45,949 nt of DNA, taken from contig CAYRXA010000018.1 in the NCBI GenBank assembly GCA_964428155.1, positions 1 to 45,949 of the forward strand, written 5' to 3'. Under the pieces are notes generated by a model. It searched no databases, was not told where the DNA came from, and saw only the letters and a program-made list of their open reading frames with translations. Made by a program: the position numbers and the translations under genes. Positions 8,711-15,034 of the stretch are shown piece by piece (positions within the stretch are counted from its first letter, which is position 1; the number at the start of each line of letters is the position of its first letter). The DNA comes from an uncultured Candidatus Saccharibacteria bacterium (lineage in GTDB: Bacteria; Patescibacteriota; Minisyncoccia; UBA6257).

Positions 8711-9180
8711 TTTTTTAAAGTTGTAATCAATCCTCGAGGAACTTTTTTAAGTGGCTGGATAATTTTATGTTCAATCTTAATTTTTTGGAAAAAATGATCT
8801 ATCTTTTCTTTAGCTAAATCAAAATGAGCTTTTTGCCTTCCTCTTAACTTCATTTCAATAGTAACTGTCTTTCCTTCTTGAAGAAACTTTTCTAATTTTT
8901 TAATTTTTGTATCAAGATCATGTTCTCCCTCATTGAAACCTAAGCGAATAGATTTTGGCGCAGAATGTCTTTCTTGAAGTTTCTTTTTTTTAAGTTCTTT
9001 TTCTTTTTGGTATTTTAATTTTCCATAGTCTCCCAGCTTATAAATAGGAGGAGAGGTTTTGCTCGTAACAGAGACCAAATCCAGGCCTCTCTCTTGAGCT
9101 TTTTGAGAAGCTTCTTGAAAAGAAAAAATACCGAGTTGTTTTCCTTTTTCGTCAATGAGACGAATTTCTTTTGGTATCAA
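8707..9180 (-). CDS. infC: translation initiation factor IF-3
   Basis: EIRLIDEKGKQLGI...DLVSV...PPIYKLGDYGKLKYQ plus the C-domain. There is no ATG at the 5' end. The first possible starts are TTG (9180-9178) or ATA (9189-9187), after an in-frame TAA. Confidence 0.9.
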   Translation of the reverse strand: MIPKEIRLIDEKGKQLGIFSFQEASQKAQERGLDLVSVTSKTSPPIYKLGDYGKLKYQKEKELKKKKLQERHSAPKSIRLGFNEGEHDLDTKIKKLEKFLQEGKTVTIEMKLRGRQKAHFDLAKEKIDHFFQKIKIEHKIIQPLKKVPRGLITTLKK

Positions 9181-9214
9181 ATTAAATATTTATTAGAAAT
9201 TATATGAATTAAAG

Positions 9215-9592
9215 TGGAGAAGGTGGGAGTTGAACCCACGTCTAAAAAGATTTTTTTAAATAACACTACAAGCTTAGTTCATTTTTGTTATTTTCAAGAA
9301 AAAAGAAATGAACAAATTTTTCTTAAAAATTTCCGAACAAAATTCAATTAATTATTAGTCGGAAAAGCTAAGAATTAATCTATCTCGATGTTTTTGATCC
9401 TTTTGGCTTATCGAGAATCTGCCGCAGGATTTCCCTTTTTAAAAGGGAATAGCTTAGCCTAGGCGATTAGGCATAGGCATAAGCAGGTTTGAGATTAGCA
9501 TTTATTAATGCTTTCTTGTTTTTTACGAGCTAACAAGAATTCCTCGACTTGCTTATTTAAAAATTTTCTTTTTATCGAATCCCGTCATCCCC
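9215..9592 (-). ncRNA. ssrA: tmRNA (SsrA)
   Basis: Minus strand starts GGGGATGACGGGATTCGA... and ends ...CGTGGGTTCAACTCCCACCTTCTCCA. That is a T-arm (GTGGG/TTCAACT/CCCAC), an acceptor stem with G3-U for alanylation, and discriminator A. CCA is not encoded. Internal tag frame GCT AAT CTC AAA CCT GCT TAT GCC TAT GCC TAA (9499-9467). Several internal hairpins. Lies 2 nt downstream of smpB. Confidence 0.9.
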
Positions 9593-9594
9593 AA

Positions 9595-10050
9595 TTAGAT
9601 ATCTCCTCTTTTAGCCCTATCTATCTTTCTCTTAAGATCTTTCTTTTTTAAAGTTTCTCTTTTGTCAAATTTCCTTTTACCTTTTGCAAGACCCAATTCT
9701 ATCTTTATCAAGCCGTTTTTATTATACATTCTTAATGGTATTAAAGTCAAGTTTTTCTGCCTTTTTTTGCTTAAGAGATATGTTATTTGCTTTTTATGAA
9801 GCAGAAGTTTTCTGGTTCTGTCTGGGATATATTTGAAATTAATGTTTTTAGGTTGATAAGGAGCAATAGAAAGGTTTAAAAGATAAGCTTGATTATTTCT
9901 GATAATAGCAAAACTACCTGCTAAGCTGGCTTTTCCTGTTTTTGTAGCTTTTATTTCCATTCCCGATAATACTATTCCTGTTTCAAGCTTTTCTAGAATT
10001 TCATAGTCAAAATAAGCTTTTTTATTTGTTGCTAAAGTTTCCATGAGCAT
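9595..10050 (-). CDS. smpB: SsrA-binding protein SmpB
   Basis: 151 aa. NKKAYFDYEILEKLETGIVLSGMEIK and a basic C-terminal tail are canonical for SmpB. Confidence 0.9.
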   Translation of the reverse strand: MLMETLATNKKAYFDYEILEKLETGIVLSGMEIKATKTGKASLAGSFAIIRNNQAYLLNLSIAPYQPKNINFKYIPDRTRKLLLHKKQITYLLSKKRQKNLTLIPLRMYNKNGLIKIELGLAKGKRKFDKRETLKKKDLKRKIDRAKRGDI

Positions 10051-10124
10051 ATTATATCACAAAACATTGATTTTTGGCCTTTCTTAAAGTAAACTGAGAG
10101 AAAATAATAAATTAATATTTTGAA

Positions 10125-10625
10125 ATGAATTGGCAAAAAATAGCACAAAACCTTAAAAAAAATTATGAGAAAAAAGGAGAAAGAAAGCTAAAAGAGATGA
10201 AAAAAGATTATTTTAATCAAAAAGAAGTTAATAAAATATTAAAGAACAATAATCCCATAATTTATAAGACATATACTAGGGATTTTGACAGAGATCATTT
10301 TATAACTTTGACAGTAATAAAAAAAGGGAATATTGACGGAGAGTATTATATGACAAAAGGGCATCTTCATAAGGTACCTTCAAAAGAAGATTATATTTTA
10401 ATAAAAGGAAAAGGGGTAGTTTTAATGGAAAATAAAAAGAATTCTAAGATAGTTAATTTAAAGAAAGACAAAAAAATAAACGTTCCTAAAAATTATGCTC
10501 ACCGGACAATAAATAATGGAGATGAAAATTTAGAATTTTTATCGATTTATAAAAAGAATGCCGGGCATGATTACAGAACAGAATTTAAGAGAAAATTGTT
10601 TAAAAATTACATTTCTTTAATTTAA
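10125..10625 (+). CDS. cupin-type (archaeal-type) glucose-6-phosphate isomerase
   Basis: 166 aa. TKGHLH, YILIKGKG and VPKNYAHRTINNGDENLEFLSIYKKNAGHDY align with my recollection of Thermococcales cPGI motifs (TKGHFH, LKGKG, VPPYWAHRTVNIGDEPFIFLAIYPADAGHDY). Confidence 0.8.
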   Translation: MNWQKIAQNLKKNYEKKGERKLKEMKKDYFNQKEVNKILKNNNPIIYKTYTRDFDRDHFITLTVIKKGNIDGEYYMTKGHLHKVPSKEDYILIKGKGVVLMENKKNSKIVNLKKDKKINVPKNYAHRTINNGDENLEFLSIYKKNAGHDYRTEFKRKLFKNYISLI

Positions 10626-13600
10626 TAGATTCAGTTTTTGATTTTTTGAGCGGATATTTTTTTCTTTGATATTCAATAGAAGATTTTCCTGTTCCTTTTT
10701 CAAAAATGATTTTTAGTTTTTTTTCTTCTAAAGCAAAATCAAAAAGATATTGTTTTTTTTGATGTTCTATCCTAAGTTTTAATTTTTTCCAGTGAGCAGG
10801 AAGCCAGGGTTTAAGAGAAAGGCCTTTTTTATGAGTTTTGATTCCAGCAAAATGTTTCCTTACTATTTCGATAGTGCCTGCCATTAATCCACAATGGATT
10901 CCTTCTTTTGTTGTTCCTCTTTGGGAATCATAGATATCACTTTCTAGGGCATTTTTAAACCATTTCCAGACCATATGATTTTCTTGTTTGAGATTAGAAA
11001 GTATTGCATTATGAATAAACTTACTTAAGGTAGAACCATGAGTTGTTATTGAGGCATAATAATCATAATTTTTCTTAATAAAATTTTTTGGTTTTTTAAT
11101 ATTAATTCCAAGTTTTCTTAAGATTTTTATTACTTCTTGAAATTCTAAAACATAAAAAATCATTAAAACATCAGGCTGTTTTATTACCTTGTATTCATTA
11201 GGAGATTTGCCTTCTGCTTTTAAGATTCTATCCATTCTCTCGATATTTGAATATTTTTTCTTGTATTTTTCAAAATTTATCTTTTTTAGTTTATCAAAAT
11301 CCTTGAATTGCATAATAATTTCATTCTTTACGATAACATTTATTTTCTTGCTTATATCTTTCCATTTATTAATTTCTCCTTTTGTGAGATTGAGTTTCTT
11401 AATTAATTTTTGAGGCAGTTTTTCGGTTAAAACAGCAGTTTTTTGCAATAGCCAAGAAATCATAATATTCGTATAGGCATTATCTATAAAGCCTGGTTTA
11501 TTTGACCAAGGATATTTTTCGTGAAATTCATCGGGACCAACGACTCCTTTAATATGATATTTATCTATTTTTTTATCATATTCGGCAATGCTTTGCCAAA
11601 ATCTTGCAATTTCAATCATTACTTCGGCTCCATAATCTTCTAAAAATTTAAAATCTTTTGCATGATAGATGTATTTATAAAAATTATAAAAAATAGCAAT
11701 CGAGACATGTCTTTGGTGTCGGCTAAAATCAGGTCCCCATGAATTATCTATTGGGTTTAAATGGATTTCTTGTGTTTCTTCTTTTCCAGTATCTGCGCTT
11801 TGCCAAGGGTACATTGCTCCCTTGTATCCATTTTTTTTAGCATATTGTTGTGCTTGTTTAAGTCGATTATAACGATAAATTAAAGATTCTTTTGAAAGTT
11901 CTGGAAAATGATGATTGAAAAAAGGAATGATATATATTTCGTCCCAAAAAATATGCCCATGGTATGATTCTCCTGTCAGCCCCCTTGCAGGGATACTAAC
12001 ATCTAGGCCAATAATGTTTGGAGAATAAGTTGATAAGAGATGGTATGTATGGAATCTTAATGCATTTTGCGAGAAGAGATCTCCTTTGATAAAAAGGTCA
12101 GATTTTTCCCACAAATTTTTCCATTGTTTTAAGTGAGATTGGAGGATTGATTTTTGGGATCCAGTTTTTCTAAGTAAATTCAAGGAATCTTTTTTAGGAG
12201 AAGTGCTTTCTCTTGAAGTAAAGACCGAAACAATTTTTGTCAGGTTAATTGCCTGGTTTCTTTTTTGGAAAGAGATAAACTCTTCACCAATTAATTTGTT
12301 TGATTTTATTAGTTTAGAGTCTTTGTGTCTATTAGTTATATTTTTTACAGAGAAAATTAGATCATATTTAGATTGATTTGTTCTAGCATGTAGCATTAAT
12401 AAACTATTTATTTTTTTAACGGAGATTATTTTAAGATGTTTTGATTTTAATCCTCGATATCTAGCTACGTTATTGTTTTTTATGTTTCCGTCAATTAATG
12501 ACTGAAGAGATATTCTCCCAGAATAATTTAAAGGAGTGATTTTAAATTTAATAACAGAAAGGTGAGGGTTTTTCATGGATGAAAATCTCTCGCTAGTGAT
12601 TTTGGTTATTCTGCTTTCTTTGTCTTTAAAAATGATTTTATGATAAAGAATTGCTTTTTTGAAATTAAGTTTTTTTTCATATTCAATAATTTCTTGTTTG
12701 AAAGGATCAATAAAATCATTATTAATTTTTATTTTAATTAAAAGCCAATTAGGACAATTGACGAGAGAATTATTGATCGATTCTTTTTTACCAATTTTTG
12801 TCTTAAGAGTGTTGTAGATCCCTGCTATATAGCATCCAGGATAATGATTTTTTGAATTACTTTGGGTTTCAAAACATCCTCTGGTTCCCATAAAACCATT
12901 TCCGGTTGTTGTTAAAGCCTCTCTTAATTGTTCCTCTTCAGGAATAAAATAGAAATAATTTAAGTTCCAATTATTCTTTTCATTTTCTTTTTTAAATAAT
13001 TTGTTTAATTTACTAAGAGATATCTCTTTTAAATTTTTAATAACAAGATGAGCACTTTTTAAATGAATATTGTTGTTTCTTGATATTCCTATTACTAAAC
13101 CAAAGTTTCCTTTTTTGCCTGCCTCAATTCCTGAAAAAGCATCTTCAAAAATGATACAATCTTCAGGATTTAGTTTAAGTTTTTTAGAGGCATATAAGAA
13201 AATGTCAGGATCTGGTTTGCCAGATAAGCCAATTTTTTCAGAAATTTTTCCATCAATAATTACATCAAATAGGGAAGTTAAATTGCATGTTTTTAAAATT
13301 TTTTTACAATTTTTACTTGATGAAATAATCGCGACTTTTATCTCTTTTTTTCTTAGATTTTTTATTAGAGAAACAGCGTGTTTATAAACATTTGGTTTTT
13401 GTTTATTAAGTAATTTAAGAAAAACAAGATTTTTTTTATTAGAAATACCCCAGAGCGTTTTTTTTGATGAAAGATCAGAAGGTTTTCCTAAGTCTAAAAA
13501 AATATTTCTTGATTCAAGAAAATCTTTAGTTCCTTTTATTCTTGGTTTTCCATCAACATATTTTAAATAATCCTTTTGTTTATCAAAGGGAATAAAATTT

Positions 13601-13716
13601 TTTTTATTGTGGCTTTCTAGGAATTGATCAAATATAATTTTCCATGCTTCAGCATGTATTTTTGCAGTGTCAGTGATAACCCCATCTAAATCAAATATTG
13701 CTCCTTTAAAATCCAT
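10600..13716 (-). CDS. beta-phosphoglucomutase (HAD) fused to a GH65 glycoside phosphorylase
   Basis: 1038 aa. N-terminal about 230 aa carry HAD motifs: FDLDGVITDT, SGKPDPDIF, FEDAFSGIEAGKKG. The remainder carries GH65 motifs: RGLTGESYHGHIFWDE (general-acid Glu), GVVGPDEFHEKY, TTHGSTLS, EGIHCGLMAGT. Confidence 0.85.
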   Translation of the reverse strand: MDFKGAIFDLDGVITDTAKIHAEAWKIIFDQFLESHNKKNFIPFDKQKDYLKYVDGKPRIKGTKDFLESRNIFLDLGKPSDLSSKKTLWGISNKKNLVFLKLLNKQKPNVYKHAVSLIKNLRKKEIKVAIISSSKNCKKILKTCNLTSLFDVIIDGKISEKIGLSGKPDPDIFLYASKKLKLNPEDCIIFEDAFSGIEAGKKGNFGLVIGISRNNNIHLKSAHLVIKNLKEISLSKLNKLFKKENEKNNWNLNYFYFIPEEEQLREALTTTGNGFMGTRGCFETQSNSKNHYPGCYIAGIYNTLKTKIGKKESINNSLVNCPNWLLIKIKINNDFIDPFKQEIIEYEKKLNFKKAILYHKIIFKDKESRITKITSERFSSMKNPHLSVIKFKITPLNYSGRISLQSLIDGNIKNNNVARYRGLKSKHLKIISVKKINSLLMLHARTNQSKYDLIFSVKNITNRHKDSKLIKSNKLIGEEFISFQKRNQAINLTKIVSVFTSRESTSPKKDSLNLLRKTGSQKSILQSHLKQWKNLWEKSDLFIKGDLFSQNALRFHTYHLLSTYSPNIIGLDVSIPARGLTGESYHGHIFWDEIYIIPFFNHHFPELSKESLIYRYNRLKQAQQYAKKNGYKGAMYPWQSADTGKEETQEIHLNPIDNSWGPDFSRHQRHVSIAIFYNFYKYIYHAKDFKFLEDYGAEVMIEIARFWQSIAEYDKKIDKYHIKGVVGPDEFHEKYPWSNKPGFIDNAYTNIMISWLLQKTAVLTEKLPQKLIKKLNLTKGEINKWKDISKKINVIVKNEIIMQFKDFDKLKKINFEKYKKKYSNIERMDRILKAEGKSPNEYKVIKQPDVLMIFYVLEFQEVIKILRKLGINIKKPKNFIKKNYDYYASITTHGSTLSKFIHNAILSNLKQENHMVWKWFKNALESDIYDSQRGTTKEGIHCGLMAGTIEIVRKHFAGIKTHKKGLSLKPWLPAHWKKLKLRIEHQKKQYLFDFALEEKKLKIIFEKGTGKSSIEYQRKKYPLKKSKTESIKLKKCNF

Positions 13717-13718
13717 AA

Positions 13719-14891
13719 TTAAATTTTTGAAAATTGATATAAGCTATATATTAGAATATCAGGACTTGAGACAAAAATAGAGTTTTTATGTATTTTTCTA
13801 ATTTTTGTTTTTAATGGTTCGTTTTTAGTTACAAAGATGCAATAAATTTTTTTACTTAAAGTTTTTGATGATTTTAATAATGGTAAATCTGAATTAGTGT
13901 CTCCAGAAACTAAGGTATTGGAAAGATTATTTTTTGATTTATTTAATAAAAATTCAAGGCCTTTCCCTTTATCAAAAGTTTTAAAGCAAGATTTAAGCAT
14001 TATTTCAATATCAAGCTTTGTGTCGTTAACCTTTGAAAACATTTGATTTGGGTCTAGTTTTTTTACTATTTTTTTAATTTTGTAAAGAAATTCAATGCTT
14101 TGTTTTTGAGGAATTGAGTTAATTATATTTTGCCTGGCTATTGTGATTTCTCCATGTTTTTTTTGGAAACCAGAACCTATAAATTTAAATATTTTGTATC
14201 TTTTTTCAAGAAGAAGTTTTGTTATAGATTTTTCAAGGGAATCAATAAGTTTCTTTTGGCTTTTAGGAATTTTAATGCGATGTGTTTTACCGTTTAAGTA
14301 TTTAAATTCTCTTGCCTTAGATCCTGCAAAAATAAAGTTTCCCTTTGAAAGGATATTCACTTTTTCAAAATCATTAAGAGGACCTGAGGTTAGAATTATT
14401 AATTTTTTAATTTTCTTTGAAAATTTATATAGGAAAAATGCGTTATAAATAGATTGGATAGAGGATAAATAAGTTTCGCAATAGTTATTAATTGTTCCAT
14501 CTCTGTCTGTAATAAAAAAATCAATTTTTTGGTTTTTAAGATAATTTTTTAATTTGTGGCTTTGTTTTTTAAAGTCTTTATGGATTTTTTTAAAATATTC
14601 TAAAAGAGCCTTTTCTCCTTTTTCTAGAAAAATAATATCTTTTTCTAATTCTGAAATTTCGTAATTTAATTTAAGTTTTAAATTGAGGTGGTCAGAGATA
14701 AGAATAAAATTACCGTTCTCTTTCTTAATAGATTTTAATTGTTTCAAATGAGAATTAAGTAAATTAATAAGTTTTTCTGAGGGTTTTTTATCTAGGATTA
14801 ATAAATTTAAAATTACTTCTTTAGTTTTTTTTAGGCTATCTATCTCTTGATAGAAATCTTTAATAGTTGTTATTTTTGTTTTTTCTTGCAT
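13719..14891 (-). CDS. HAD-IIB family sugar-phosphate phosphatase (trehalose-6-phosphate-phosphatase-like) with an N-terminal extension of about 125 aa
   Basis: 390 aa. HAD motif I FITDRDGTINNY, motif II ILTSGP, DKGKGLEFLL, motif IV VSGDTNSDLPLL. Its stop lies 2 nt upstream of the GH65 fusion ATG. Substrate unknown. Confidence 0.55.
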   Translation of the reverse strand: MQEKTKITTIKDFYQEIDSLKKTKEVILNLLILDKKPSEKLINLLNSHLKQLKSIKKENGNFILISDHLNLKLKLNYEISELEKDIIFLEKGEKALLEYFKKIHKDFKKQSHKLKNYLKNQKIDFFITDRDGTINNYCETYLSSIQSIYNAFFLYKFSKKIKKLIILTSGPLNDFEKVNILSKGNFIFAGSKAREFKYLNGKTHRIKIPKSQKKLIDSLEKSITKLLLEKRYKIFKFIGSGFQKKHGEITIARQNIINSIPQKQSIEFLYKIKKIVKKLDPNQMFSKVNDTKLDIEIMLKSCFKTFDKGKGLEFLLNKSKNNLSNTLVSGDTNSDLPLLKSSKTLSKKIYCIFVTKNEPLKTKIRKIHKNSIFVSSPDILIYSLYQFSKI

Positions 14892-15034
14892 ATTTTCTTT
14901 GGGGCTTATTGCTATATTTTTATTATATCAATAAAATTGAGATTTGTCCTCATTTAAAAAGTTTCTGTTGGGGTGGATTTTTTGTTTATTTTGAAGTAAA
15001 CTAAGAACAAATAATAAATGATGTTCAGATTATT

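Noticed and set aside
11189-14448. Plus-strand ORFs 11189-11413, 13070-13387 and 14143-14448 inside the GH65 and HAD genes.
   Set aside because: They are Phe/Leu/Ile/Ser-rich translations of the complement of Lys/Glu/Asn-rich genes, which is expected in DNA with about 25% G+C. No motifs are present.
14892-15034. Leader upstream of ileS (and the short leader before hisS), checked for a T-box riboswitch.
   Set aside because: At 143 nt it is too short. It contains no T-box sequence (AGAGA...GGTACCGCG-type), no specifier-loop architecture and no terminator/antiterminator pair.
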